In this document: in pieces, positions 19,577 through 29,687 of the stretch
Layout: the number at the start of each line of letters is the position of its first letter
How positions within the stretch are numbered: the stretch's first letter is position 1
Source of the DNA: an uncultured Acidobacteriota bacterium
GTDB lineage: Bacteria > Acidobacteriota > Thermoanaerobaculia > UBA5066 > Gp7-AA6
Length of the DNA stretch: 64,000 nt
NCBI GenBank assembly: GCA_963725095.1
Contig: CAVRXJ010000017.1
Coordinates: forward strand, 1,158-65,157
Reading direction: 5' to 3'
The notes under the pieces: generated by a model
Database searches by the model: none
The model's input: only the letters and a program-made list of their open reading frames with translations
Told to the model about the DNA's origin: nothing
Program-made: the position numbers and the translations under genes

Positions 19577-20698
19577 TTAAGGCGGCAGGGTCGCCAGAAA
19601 GGCACGAAGGTGCTCCTGCCAGATCACCGGAAAGGAGTGCGTCCCGTGCCCGCGGGTCTCGGTCGAAGCCGGGATCAGCACGTACCGGCCTTGCCGGACC
19701 CTCGTGATGAGTTTGTCCAGAATCCCGAGCTCCGGCGGATTGATCGCGTCGTCGGCGAAGTTGATCGCGAGCAGCGGCCTCTCGATGCGCTCGAGCCCCG
19801 TGGAGGGGTCGTAGTCGCGCGAGGCGTCGAGGGCATAGAGGAGGTTGTTGGCGTCGACGCCGGACAGGCGCGTCGCCATCTGCTCGGACAGGACGCGGTC
19901 CGCGTCGTCGCGCGTGGGGGCGGCCTTCTGCCACTGGAGGGGGCTTCCGACCATCAGGACCATGATCTGGACGCCCGCCGTCAGTCCGCGCGGTTGCCGC
20001 TCGTAGTTTCCCTGGTTCCAGTCCGGATCATTGCGGATGTCGTCGGCGATCATCTTTCGCCAGGCGCGGTTCCTCCCGGCGATCTGGACCGGCAGCGAAG
20101 CGAGCGGGACCAGCCCGTCGGCAAAGTCCGGATACTTCTCTGCCCAGACCCACGTGTGCATGCCCCCCATCGAAGTGCCGAGGAGGAGGCGCAGGTGGTT
20201 GACGCCGAGACCCTCGGTGAGCAGCCGGTACTGGGCGGTCACCATGTCGTCGTAGGTGTATCTGGGAAAGCGCGCGCGCAGCCCGTCCGAGGGCCTCGAC
20301 GAATCGCCGTGACCGATCCCGTCGGGCAGGATCAGGTAGAAGCGCTCCGCGTCGAGCTGCTGTCCCGGGCCGAAGAGGACGCCGGCGAAGTTGTCGGTGA
20401 AGAACTGTTTGCCCGAGCCGCCTGTGCCGTGCAGGATCAGGACCGCGTTGCGCACCACACCCTGCGCGTCGCGGCGCGGTGATCCGAGCGTCCGGTAGTG
20501 GATCTTCACCTCCGGCAGCGACTCGCCTGTCGCGAAGCGGAAGTCGCGAAGCACGTAATCGCCCTGAACCGGAGTCGGGACCTCGGCGCCCGCCGTCCGC
20601 GCGAGGAGGCAGACGACGACCGCAAAGGAGAGCCTTCGGATCTCGGATCCCGAATCCCGGATCGCGCGGCGCGCATCCCGCGTCCTCTCCGCCCTCAT
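19577..20698 (-). CDS. alpha/beta-fold hydrolase (homoserine O-acetyltransferase-like family) with N-terminal signal/TM
   Basis: ATG 20698. ..LSFAVVVCLLARTAGA, HGTGGSG, nucleophile elbow GTSMGGMH. Intact frame. The start overlaps the stop of the upstream permease. Confidence 0.8.
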   Translation of the reverse strand: MRAERTRDARRAIRDSGSEIRRLSFAVVVCLLARTAGAEVPTPVQGDYVLRDFRFATGESLPEVKIHYRTLGSPRRDAQGVVRNAVLILHGTGGSGKQFFTDNFAGVLFGPGQQLDAERFYLILPDGIGHGDSSRPSDGLRARFPRYTYDDMVTAQYRLLTEGLGVNHLRLLLGTSMGGMHTWVWAEKYPDFADGLVPLASLPVQIAGRNRAWRKMIADDIRNDPDWNQGNYERQPRGLTAGVQIMVLMVGSPLQWQKAAPTRDDADRVLSEQMATRLSGVDANNLLYALDASRDYDPSTGLERIERPLLAINFADDAINPPELGILDKLITRVRQGRYVLIPASTETRGHGTHSFPVIWQEHLRAFLATLPP

Positions 20699-21964
20699 GC
20701 CACGTCCCAGCGCCGCGCCAGCCGGCGCGCGAGCGCGAAGAGGGCGACTGCCGCGGCGAGAAGCACGGCCACCTGCGGCCACAGCTTCCAGAGGGGCTCG
20801 TCGCGCCAGAAGACTTTGAGGAACCCGTCGATCGCCCAGGCGTTCAAGGTGATCAGGCCGAGCCGCTGGATGGTCTCGGAGAGCAGGTAGCGCGGGACCA
20901 TGCTGCCTCCGAGGGCCGACATCACGAGGATGAGCAGGTTGGAGAGCGCGACCAGCTGCATCCGCGTCTTCGAGGCGGCCGCGAGCACCAGGCCGAAGCC
21001 CGAGCAGGCGACGGCCGTCACGACGCTCATGACGAGGAAGCCCGGCAGGTGGCGCAGGAGCTCGACGCCGAAGAAGATCTGGCCCCACACGAACATGATC
21101 GTCAGCTGCGTCACCGCGACCGCCGAAAGGTACAGGAGCTTTCCCAGCAGAAGCTCGGTCATCGTCACGCGCGTCCCGAGGATCCGGTCGAGCGTGCCGC
21201 TCTCGGCTTCTTCGATGAGCGCGCCGCCCGCTCCCGCGGCCGAGAAGAGCAGGAACATCACGCCGAGCCCCGCGGCGAGAAGCGCCGACGCCGGATTCTT
21301 CTTGCCCTCGCCGAGGACGTCCTTCACCTCGACCGCGACGAGGCCTCCGCCGCCGTCCCCGGCCGGACCGGCACCCGTGGCGCGACCGCGCAGCTTCTCC
21401 ATGCCTTCCTGGAGCCGCGCCTTCTGCTCCTCGGTCAGGGACGCGCCCCAGCGGTCCATCTGCGTGATCCCGGTCGCGGCCATCGCGTCGGGCAGGGCCG
21501 TCATCGCGACCTTCTGGAGCAGGCCCGTGAGGATCTGCGGCGCGACGGGATCGGCGCTGTCGGCCAGAAGGAGCAGCTTCGGCGCGCCGGCGGACGGCCC
21601 GAAGTGGATCGGCGCCGCTCCGAAGCCCGCCGGAATCACGAGGGCGAGCGGCAGCCGGCCGCCCTGACGGCTTCCTCGGCGCGGGCGCGGTCATAGGGGA
21701 CCTCGGCCGAGCCGCCTTCCGGAATGACGCCCGTTTCGACCCGGAGGCCCTTCTCGCCCTTCAGAGCCTCGACGAAGCGCCGGGCGTTGTCGCTTCCGTC
21801 TTCGTCGACGACGGCGAGCGGGATCCGCCGGGTTTCCCCGCGGGGCCCTCCGAAGATCAGGGCGAAGACGGAGAAGAAGACGATCGGCACGATGAAGGCG
21901 AGCGTGAACCCGGCGCGGTCGCGCTTCAACCTGGCCAGGTGGGTCCGGCGACGGCGAGGATCAT
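20695..21964 (-). CDS. ABC-2 type transporter permease (two apparent frameshifts near 21945 and 21650)
   Basis: ATG 21964 overlaps the ATPase stop (ATGA). MILAVA / RTHLARLKRDRAGFTLAFIVPIVFFSVFALIFG.., a periplasmic loop, then ABC-2 membrane domain ..MFLLFSAAGAGGALIEEAESGTLDRIL..LGKLLYLSAVAVTQLTIMFVWG... Confidence 0.8.
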
Positions 21965-22897
21965 TCGCGCAGCTCCCGACCCGTCAGCTGCAGGAAGACG
22001 GCCTCCAGGGTGGCGGCTTTCAGCGTCAGGTCGCGCACCGGCGCGCCGGCGTCGCGAAAGAGGGCGAGCACCTCCGGGATCTCCCGCGCCGGCTCCTCGA
22101 CGGGAATGACCGCGCCCTCCGGCCGCAGGGTGGCGCCGCGCTCGGCGAGCCGCCGGCGCAGCGCTTCCGGCAGCGCTCCGGCGGAGTCGATCGTGAGCAT
22201 GCGCTCCTTGCCCAGATTGCGCCGCACGAGCTCGTCCTTGGTGCCCTGCGCGATGATCTTTCCGTGGTCGATGATGGCGATGCGGTCGCAGAGGCGCTCC
22301 GCCTCCTCCATGTAGTGGGTCGTGTAGAGGATCGAGACGCCTTCGCCGCGCAGCTCCTCGATCATGCCGTAGATGCGCTCGCGGGACTGCGGGTCGACGC
22401 CGACGGTGGGCTCGTCCAAGAGCAGCAGGCGGGGGCGGTGGATCGTCCCGGCGGCGATGTTGAGCCGGCGCTTCATGCCTCCCGACAGACGCTCGGTCCG
22501 GTCGTCGGCGCGCTCGGCGAGGGCCGCCCAGGCGAGGCTGCGCACGGCGGCGGCCGGCAGGTCTCTTTCGGCGAGGCCCTGGTAGCGCCCGAAGCTGTAG
22601 AGGTTTTCGCGGGCAGAGAGCAGGGGATAGAGGGCGATCTCCTGCGGGACCCAGCCGCGCAGGGCCGCGGAGGCCGGATCGGTCGGCGAGAGGCCGAAGA
22701 CGCGCAGGCTCGCCGGCGTCGGGGCGGACCCGCCCGACGACGCTGCGCACGAATGTCGTCTTGCCCGCCCCGTTGGGCCCGAGCAGGCCGAGGATCTCTC
22801 CGGACGACAGCGAGAGCGTGACGCCGTCCAGAGCCGGACGGCCGTCGAAGGACCGCGTCAGCTGCCGGGCTTCGATCGGCGGAGGGTCGGTCGCCAT
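21961..22897 (-). CDS. ABC transporter ATP-binding protein (one apparent frameshift near 22720)
   Basis: ATG 22897. Walker A GPNGAGKTT, signature LSGGMKRRL, Walker B LLLLDEPTVGVD. Confidence 0.85.
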
Positions 22898-23012
22898 GCG
22901 CGGGCGAGGATCGTCTCCCGGAACCCCCTCAAAGTCCAGCAGGCCGCCCGCGCCCTCCGGTCGGCCGCGGTTGCTGTATGCTCCGCCGCTCTCACGTGAG
23001 ACCCCCGTCGGC

Positions 23013-23823
23013 ATGAACCGCTTCCTGTTCCCCCTCCTGCTGCTGCTCGGCAGCTCGGGGATCCTGCTGTCTTTCCTGCGCGCGCGATCCCGCGCCGTTT
23101 TCGCTCAGGACGGGTTTTCGACGCCCCTCCGGAGGACCTCGGCCGTGTTTCTGCTCACGGCGGTCCTTCTGCTGACGGTCGCCTGGCCCTTCGCGATGGG
23201 CTTTACCGGAGTGGAGCCGGAGGCGCGGGATCTTTCGTTCGTGTCGCTCTTCGGCGTCCACGTGATCCTCGCCCTGTTCCTGGTCTGCTACTACCTGCTC
23301 TCGGGTCACCGCTCCGCGGCGGACTTCCTGAGGCTCCGCAGCGACCGGCCCCTGTCGGACGTGACGGCCGGGGTCTTCATCGGGGCAGCCGGATGGCTCC
23401 TGACGATCTTCCTCGCGGCGCTGTTCGTCGGTCTCTGGTATCTCGTACGGGGCGTACCGCCCGGCGCTGAGGCCGGGGCGTCCGGCTCGCGGGTTTCGCC
23501 GATGATCGTCTGGCTGGTCGCGCAGCCGGCCGCGGTGAAGATCTCCATCGTGATGCTCGGCGATGTTCGTCGAGGAGTTCTTCTTCCGGTCGTTCCTCCA
23601 GACCCGCGTCGGCCCGCTCGCCGCGACGCTGATGTTCACCGCGGCGCACGGCGCCTATGGCCAGCCGCTCGTTCTGGTGGGCATCCTCGTGATTTCCACG
23701 GTGCTCTCCGTCGCCCTCGTGCTCTACCGCAACGTCCTGCCCTGCATCGTGGCGCACGGGGTCTTCGACGCGATTCAGATGTTCGTCGTGATCCCGCTCG
23801 TCCTCAAGGCGGTCCCGGTCTAA
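23013..23823 (+). CDS. CPBP family intramembrane glutamic endopeptidase (CAAX protease-like; one apparent frameshift near 23555)
   Basis: ATG 23013 (MNRFLFPLLLLLGSSG..) with multiple TM segments. The second frame carries the catalytic EEFFFRSFLQ and ..FTAAHG.. / ..HGVFD.. motifs. Confidence 0.75.
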
Positions 23824-23851
23824 GAGGCGGGCGCCCGCCGCACCGGCGCGT

Positions 23852-25075
23852 CTAGGATCGGGGCAGGAGCGCCGAAAGCTTCTTCCAGTCCGGGGCCTCG
23901 GGAAACCCCCCGGCGATCAGGACGTCGGACCCCTCCCGAAGGGTCGCTTCGGGCCTGGGTGTGGGATTGGCCTTGCGCGATTTGCGCAGGGCGGTTTCGA
24001 GGCGGTCGGCGGCGGCGGTTCCGTCCAGGCGCAACCTCCAGAAATAGGCGATCGTTCCGTCGGGCCGGGAGAAGAAGGCGACGCGGTCGCCACGCCAGCC
24101 TGCGGCGGCCGGGTCCGCCTCCGCGGGCTCGAGCCCGCGGCGAAGCAGGAAGCGGAGCGTCCATTCCCCCAGGGTGTCCGTGTAGAGCAGCCGGAAGCCC
24201 GGCGGGCCGAGCGCATCCGGGGCGGCAGGCAGCAGGCCGGTCGCCGGCGTCACCGGCCTGGCCTCGGGGTGCAGGATGTCGGAGGTCGAGAGCGGAGGGC
24301 TTCTCCAGAGCCGGTCCACCGCCGCCCAGCCGCCTTCCTTCTCGGCGCGCCGGACGTACGCGGTCCCTTCGACGTAGGGAAAGAAGAGTTGTTCGGTGAA
24401 GTAGGCGGGGACGCCCTTGGGGATGTTTCCCTTTTCGAGGGTTCCGGCCGACAGCAGGGGGGCGATCTCGTCCTCGACCGAAGCCGCGGCCGCCGGCAGG
24501 TCCGCGAGCGCGGCGCGGACCATCACGAGCGTGGCCTCGCCCTCGAGCAGGCACTGGAGGGCGAGCGCGCGGTCGCCGTTGTCCTTCAAGGCCTTGATCC
24601 TCCGGTCGAGGTCGAGGTTCTGGTCCTGGAGCGCATGGGTCAGCTCGTGCGTGTAGATGAGCTTCTCGGCGGCGCCCTCGAGCACCTCCGCGTCGAGCGC
24701 CGCCGGCGCGCCGGAAACCACGTAGAAGCGGCGCGGCTCCGGGTCGTAGAACGCGATCACCTGCGAGGCATAGAAGTCGATCAGTTCCTCCATCAGGTTG
24801 GGAGCGCTCTCCATCAGGCCGAGCGCGACCAGGGTGCGGAGGGTCTCCTCGGGGGCCGCCGGAAACGACTCGCCGAGCTTGGCGCGGAGCGTGATCTTGA
24901 GCTCCCGGACGTCGATCTGCCCGGCGGGAACGTCCCGGTCGAACTTGTGGCCGCGCACCGTCTCGACCACGCGGGCGAACTCGGAAACCTTCGCGGGAAG
25001 AAGGTCGGTGGCCCCCAGGGCCAGGCCCGCCAGCCCGGCGCCGCAGAGGGCCGCCAACGCCCGGGCGTGTCGCAT
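23852..25075 (-). CDS. putative secreted zinc metalloprotease (HExxH)
   Basis: ATG 25075 with a signal-like MRHARALAALCGAGLAGLALGA. Single HExxH in LIYTHELTHALQDQ. The 407-aa frame is intact. Family not recognised precisely. Confidence 0.65.
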   Translation of the reverse strand: MRHARALAALCGAGLAGLALGATDLLPAKVSEFARVVETVRGHKFDRDVPAGQIDVRELKITLRAKLGESFPAAPEETLRTLVALGLMESAPNLMEELIDFYASQVIAFYDPEPRRFYVVSGAPAALDAEVLEGAAEKLIYTHELTHALQDQNLDLDRRIKALKDNGDRALALQCLLEGEATLVMVRAALADLPAAAASVEDEIAPLLSAGTLEKGNIPKGVPAYFTEQLFFPYVEGTAYVRRAEKEGGWAAVDRLWRSPPLSTSDILHPEARPVTPATGLLPAAPDALGPPGFRLLYTDTLGEWTLRFLLRRGLEPAEADPAAAGWRGDRVAFFSRPDGTIAYFWRLRLDGTAAADRLETALRKSRKANPTPRPEATLREGSDVLIAGGFPEAPDWKKLSALLPRS

Positions 25076-25191
25076 CGCCTGCAGGGTAGCACGCCGGCCC
25101 GCGCGCGGAGGCCGTTCCGGCAGCAGCGTCCGCCGTTCCTTTTTTGAGGGGATTTCGCATAAGATCCGCCGGATTTCGCAGCCATCGCCCA

Positions 25192-25641
25192 ATGAGTGCC
25201 ACCAGACCGTCCGTCGAAGCCGGCCCCGTGCGGCTGTCGCTTTCGAGCCGGTTTGAAAACATCGAAATGGCCCAGCACCTGTGCGGTAAGCTGATCGAGG
25301 GTCGGGAGGTCGGAGAGGAGACGAAGCACTGGATTCTCATGGCGCTGCGTGAGGGGCTCGCCAACGCCATCAAGCACGGCAACAGTCAGAATGTCTCGAA
25401 GAGGGTGCACGTGGAAATGCGCATCGAGAAGGACACGCTGGAGATCCGGATCCGCGACGAAGGCCCGGGCTTCGACCCGGAGAAGGTCAGCGACCCTCTG
25501 GCTCCCGAGAATCGGCTCAAGACCTCCGGGCGCGGGATCTTCTACATGAGAACCTTCATGGACGACGTGCGCTTCGGGCGGCACGAGACGGGCGGAATGG
25601 AGATCGTCCTCACGAAGAATCTGAATGCGGGCAAGGAGTAA
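25192..25641 (+). CDS. anti-sigma regulatory factor / Ser-protein kinase (RsbW/SpoIIAB-like, HATPase_c)
   Basis: ATG 25192. N-box-like LREGLANAIKHGN and G-box DEGPGFD..SGRGIFYM. Intact. Confidence 0.8.
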   Translation: MSATRPSVEAGPVRLSLSSRFENIEMAQHLCGKLIEGREVGEETKHWILMALREGLANAIKHGNSQNVSKRVHVEMRIEKDTLEIRIRDEGPGFDPEKVSDPLAPENRLKTSGRGIFYMRTFMDDVRFGRHETGGMEIVLTKNLNAGKE

Positions 25642-25656
25642 AGAGGGAGGAGAACG

Positions 25657-25998
25657 ATGAAGACGAGTGTTCGTGAGGTCCGGGGCGTGTCGATCCTGGA
25701 TCTCAAGGGGAAGATCACGATCGGTTCGGGCGACGTCCAGCTGCGCGAGACGATCAACAAGCTCGTGGAGGACGGCAAGCGGAACATCCTCATCAACATG
25801 CAGGACGTGACGACCATCGACTCCTCGGGAATCGGCGAGCTCGTCGGCTGCTACTCGTCGGTCACGAAGAAGGGCGGGAAGTTGAAGCTCCTCCACCTGC
25901 CGCCGAAGATCAGCGACGTGCTCACCGTGACGCAGCTCATCACGGTCTTCGACGTGTTCGAGGCGGAGCCGGAGGCCATCGCGAGCTACGCGGCGTAG
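25657..25998 (+). CDS. STAS-domain anti-sigma-factor antagonist (RsbV/SpoIIAA-like)
   Basis: Intact 113-aa ORF. AAGGAG-type SD (GGCAAGGAGTAAAGAGGGAGGAG) upstream. Motif ..NMQDVTTIDSSGIGELVG.. with the conserved phosphorylatable Ser context (DSSG). Confidence 0.85.
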   Translation: MKTSVREVRGVSILDLKGKITIGSGDVQLRETINKLVEDGKRNILINMQDVTTIDSSGIGELVGCYSSVTKKGGKLKLLHLPPKISDVLTVTQLITVFDVFEAEPEAIASYAA

Positions 25999-26079
25999 CT
26001 GCGAGCCCGGCCGGCGGTGCGGCCGGCGGCGCCCTTGCTCGCCCGGGGCGGGAAGCCGCCTCCTGCGCCCGGTTCCGCC

Positions 26080-26961
26080 ATGACGGCCCTCGCCGAAAAG
26101 GCCTTCGATCGTTTCGCCGAGAAGGCGCGCCCCGCCCTGGAGGCGGAGCTGCTCCGCTGCCTTCCGGAAACTTCTCCCGCGAGCCTCGCGCGGGCCGTCT
26201 CCGACGCGGTTCTTTCCCCCGGCAAGCGCTTTCGTCCCTTGGTCGCGCTCGCGGCCGGCGATCTCGCCGGCGCGCCGCCGCCGGCCGCCGCCGCCGTTGC
26301 CGCCGCCGTCGAGTACGTGCACGCCGCCTCCCTCGTCCTGGACGACCTGCCTTCGATGGACAACGCGCGGCGCCGGCGGGGGCGCCCGGCGCTGCACGTC
26401 GTTCACGGCGTCGCGGCGGCCGAGCTCGTCGCGGTCCTTTTGGTCGCCCGTGCCGTCGAGGTCGTGGCCGGCGCGCCGGGGGTGTCGGCGGCCACGCGGG
26501 CGAGGATGTCGCGGGAGCTCGCCGAGGCCGTGGCCGCGTGCTGCGCCGGGCAGGCGGCCGACCTCGAGGCGCAGCCGGAGCGGCTCCACCTGGAGGACCT
26601 CGAGTCGATCCACGCGCGCAAGACCGGAGCGCTCTTCGTCGCGGCCGTGCGGGGCGGGGCGCTCGCCGGGGGAGCGCGCGAGCCGGTTCTCGACGCGCTC
26701 ACGCGTTTCGCGCGCAACATCGGTCTGGCGTTCCAGATCACCGACGACCTGCTCGACTTCGAGGGAGATGAGGCGCTCATGGGCAAGGACCGGGGGCGCG
26801 ACGCCCATCGCGCCAACTTCGCCCATCTGCTCGGTTCGGCCTCTTCGCGCCGGCTGGTCGATGAGCTCGGCGCCGCGGCCGTGGAGGCGCTCGCACCGCT
26901 CGGGAAGCGGGCCCGGGTGCTCGCCGATCTCGCGCGCGTGGTGCGCGAGCGGCGCGCTTGA
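26080..26961 (+). CDS. polyprenyl diphosphate synthase (FPP/GGPP synthase family)
   Basis: ATG 26080. First Asp-rich motif LVLDDLPSMDNARRRRG, second FQITDDLLD. Intact. Confidence 0.85.
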   Translation: MTALAEKAFDRFAEKARPALEAELLRCLPETSPASLARAVSDAVLSPGKRFRPLVALAAGDLAGAPPPAAAAVAAAVEYVHAASLVLDDLPSMDNARRRRGRPALHVVHGVAAAELVAVLLVARAVEVVAGAPGVSAATRARMSRELAEAVAACCAGQAADLEAQPERLHLEDLESIHARKTGALFVAAVRGGALAGGAREPVLDALTRFARNIGLAFQITDDLLDFEGDEALMGKDRGRDAHRANFAHLLGSASSRRLVDELGAAAVEALAPLGKRARVLADLARVVRERRA

Positions 26962-28565
26962 GCGACCCGCGATCGCTCTCGCTCGAGGAGGCCCGCCGGC
27001 GCCTCAAGGATCTGGGCTACCTGGAAGGGCGCGTCGACCGATTCCTCTTCCGACGGGCCTTCGAAGGGAGGGGAGGCCTCCTGCTGCCGGCAATCCTCCT
27101 CGGGGCTTTCGCCGCCGCCCTGTCGTCCGTGGCGGCCATCGAGTCCTCGGAGGCCGCGTTCGGAGGGTCCCTGCGCGCGGTCCTCGCCCTGCTGGCGCAC
27201 CTCTTCGCCGCCGACCTGCTGCCGGCCGTGATGGCCGCGCTCGCGATCGCCTTCCTGGCGGACCACTCCCGCGCGCCCGGAGGCTCCGGCGTCGCCGTCG
27301 GTGTCGCGGCCGCGATGGTGGTCTTTGCGCTCTGGGCGGGCGGCGTCTTCAGCCTGGCGCGCGACCTCACGCCGCGGGCCCTGCTTTGGGGGATTCCGAT
27401 CGGCGCCGCGGCGCTTCTGGCGGCCGGAAGCGCCCGCGCCGGATTCCTCGCCCGGGCATACGCCCATTCGCACGTCCTCCCGTCACAGCGCCGCAGCCGA
27501 TTTGTTCTCGCCGTGGCGGCTCTGGCCGGACTCTCGGGGGCGCTGGTCCTCCTCGCTTCCCGCCGCGATGCCTCTCCGGTCCCTCCGCCTCGGCCGTCCC
27601 CGCGCCCGGGGGCCGTCGTGGTCGTCGCGGTGGACGGTCTCCACTGGGAGGCGGACGCGGGCGAAGTGGCCTCGGCCGTCGGGGATCTGCTTTCGCGCGG
27701 TGCGAGCGGCTGGTGGCCTGCGCGGCCGGCTTCGCCGCCGGAAATCTGGACGGACCTCGCGACGGGGGAGCCGCCCGATCGCCATGGCGTCCGCGCGCTG
27801 GAGAGGGTGCGGCCGCTCGGCTCGCCGCATGGCCGTTCGCGCGCCCCTCGGGCACCGCGTGGTACCTGAAGCACCTGGGTCCCGCCCTCGGGTCTGGTTT
27901 CGAGCGCCCCGGTGTCGGCGGCGGACCGGCGCCGCCTCGCCTTCTGGGAGGTGGCCGCCTCGGCGGGATTGCCGACGCTCGCCGTCGGATGGTGGGCCTC
28001 CGGGCCATGGCCCGGCGCGACGGTCTTCGGCAACGAAGACGTGCTCGCGGCGGCCACCGACGGTCTCGAGGCCGATCGGAAAGCCCGCGAGCTCTTCCGC
28101 GCCAACGCCGGAGGCGGCCAGAGGATTCGCACGGTCTATCTGCCGGGCCTCGACATCCTGCGCGCCGACCCCGAGAAGCGGCGCCGTGCCCTGCGCGAGA
28201 CGCTGCTCTTCCTGCGGGAGGAGGGGGAGGCGGCGGCGTCGCGGGGCGACACGCTCGTCGTCATCGCCGCCGACAGCCACGCGCCTGCCGGGGCGCTGCA
28301 GAGGATCATCGTCTTCGACGGGACCGGCGCCCGCACGCTGCGCGCCCGGCCCGAGGACGTCGCGCCTTCGATCCTGGCCCGCGCCGGCGTGCCCTTCGCC
28401 CGCGACCTGCCGGGCCGCCCGGTGGCGGCGCTCTTTGCGCCCGGCAGTCTCGAGACGCAGAGTGTCGAGACGTACGGCGCGCGGATCGCCCCGCTGCCGG
28501 CGATCCGGCGGGAAAGCGATCGCGAGTATCTGGAGCGGTTGAAGTCTCTCGGTTACCTGAACTGA
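26958..28565 (+). CDS. membrane-anchored alkaline-phosphatase-superfamily (type I phosphodiesterase-like) protein (two apparent frameshifts near 27830 and 27895)
   Basis: TTG 26958 overlaps the upstream stop (TTGA). Four or more TM helices (LLLPAILLGAFAAALSSVAAI..). Then ..VVVVAVDGLHWE..PEIWTDLATGEPPDRHGV.., ..AFWEVAASAGLPTLAVGWW.., ..VVIAADSHAP... LKDLGYLEG lies near the N-terminus and LKSLGYLN* at the C-terminus. Confidence 0.6.
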
Positions 28566-28594
28566 CCATCGACTAGGATGCGGTTCGAAGCGTC

Positions 28595-29650
28595 ATGAAG
28601 GCCATTTTCTTCCGCCGGCACGGCGGCAACGAGGTTCTCGAGTACGGCGACTGGCCGGATCCGGAGCCGGGCCCGGGAGAGGTGCGCGTCGCGCTGCGGG
28701 CGGCCGCGCTGAACCACCTGGACCTCTTCGTGCGCAACGGCATTTCCCACGTGCCGCTGCCACAGATCCCGGGCGCCGACGGCGCTGGTGTGGTCGACGC
28801 GTCGGAGCCGGCGTCGAGGGCTGGACGCCGGGAGACCGCGTGCTCCTGCAGCCCGGCCTCTACTGCAACGCCTGCGAGTTCTGCCGGAGGGGCGAGCAGA
28901 GCCTCTGCGTGAAGTACCGCATCCTGGGAGAGCACGTGCCCGGCACGTTCGCCGAAAAGATCGTCGTGCCGGCCCGCAACGTCTTTCCGATCCCGCCGCG
29001 CCTCTCCTTCGAGCAGGCCGCGGCCTTTCCCCTGGTCTACCAGACCGCCTGGCGGATGATCGTCGGGAGGGCGGCCGTCCGTCCGGGCGAGACCGTTCTG
29101 GTCCACGGCGGCGGCGGCGGTGTCGCCGGAGCCGCCATCGAGATCGCGAGGCTCGCGGGAGCGCGCGTCTTTGCGACGACGTCGGGCGAAGAGAAGGCGA
29201 AGCGCGCTTTCGGAGGCGGGCGCCGAGATCGTCCTGGACTACCGGAAGGAGGACGTGGCCAAGGCCGTCAAGGCCTCGACGGGCAAGCGCGGCGTCGACG
29301 TCGTCGTCGACTGCGTCGGCGAGAAGACCTGGGCGGCGTCGCTGCAGGCCGTCGCCAAGGGCGGGCGCATCGTCACGTGCGGGGCGACGACGGGCCCCAA
29401 TCCCAAGGAAGAGATCCGGCTGGTCTTCTGGAAGCAGATCTCGATCCTCGGCTCCACGATGTCCAACGATCGGGAGTTCCGCGCGATGCTCTCGGCCGTC
29501 GCGGCCGGCAGGCTGACGCCCCGGATCGATCGCGTCTATCCCCTCGCGCGTGCCCGGGAGGCCTACGAGCGCATGGAGGAAGGCCGGCAGCACGGAAAGA
29601 TCGTGCTCGTGACGGGAGACGGCGAGGCCCGCTGGCCCGACGGAGACTGA
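28595..29650 (+). CDS. zinc-type alcohol dehydrogenase / quinone oxidoreductase family (two apparent frameshifts near 28800 and 29210)
   Basis: MKAIFFRRHGGNEVLEYGDWPDPEPGPGEVRVALRAAALNHLD.., ..CNACEFCRRGEQSLC.., Rossmann VLVHGGGGGVAGAAIEIARLAGARV, C-term ..YPLARAREAYERMEEGRQHGKIVLV. Confidence 0.8.
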
Positions 29651-29659
29651 GAGGAATTC

Positions 29660-29687
29660 GTGATCTGTGATCGGTGATCGGTGATGC
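29660..29687 (+). repeat. 4 x 7-nt tandem repeat GTGATC(T/G) ending in the GT4 start codon
   Basis: GTGATCT GTGATCG GTGATCG GTGATGC. Contains three GATC sites 7 nt apart. Each unit carries a GTG; only the last GTG (29681) and ATG (29684) are in frame with the GT4 gene. Confidence 0.8.

Noticed and set aside
24814-26826. 670-aa minus-strand ORF; the same applies to 44221-45840 (539 aa) and 53235-55298 (687 aa)
   Set aside because: They are shadow ORFs antisense to well-supported plus-strand genes (rsbW/rsbV/polyprenyl synthase; the TonB-like gene; thrS-infC-rpmI-rplT). Their composition is dominated by Arg/Gly/Pro/Ala with no recognisable motifs.
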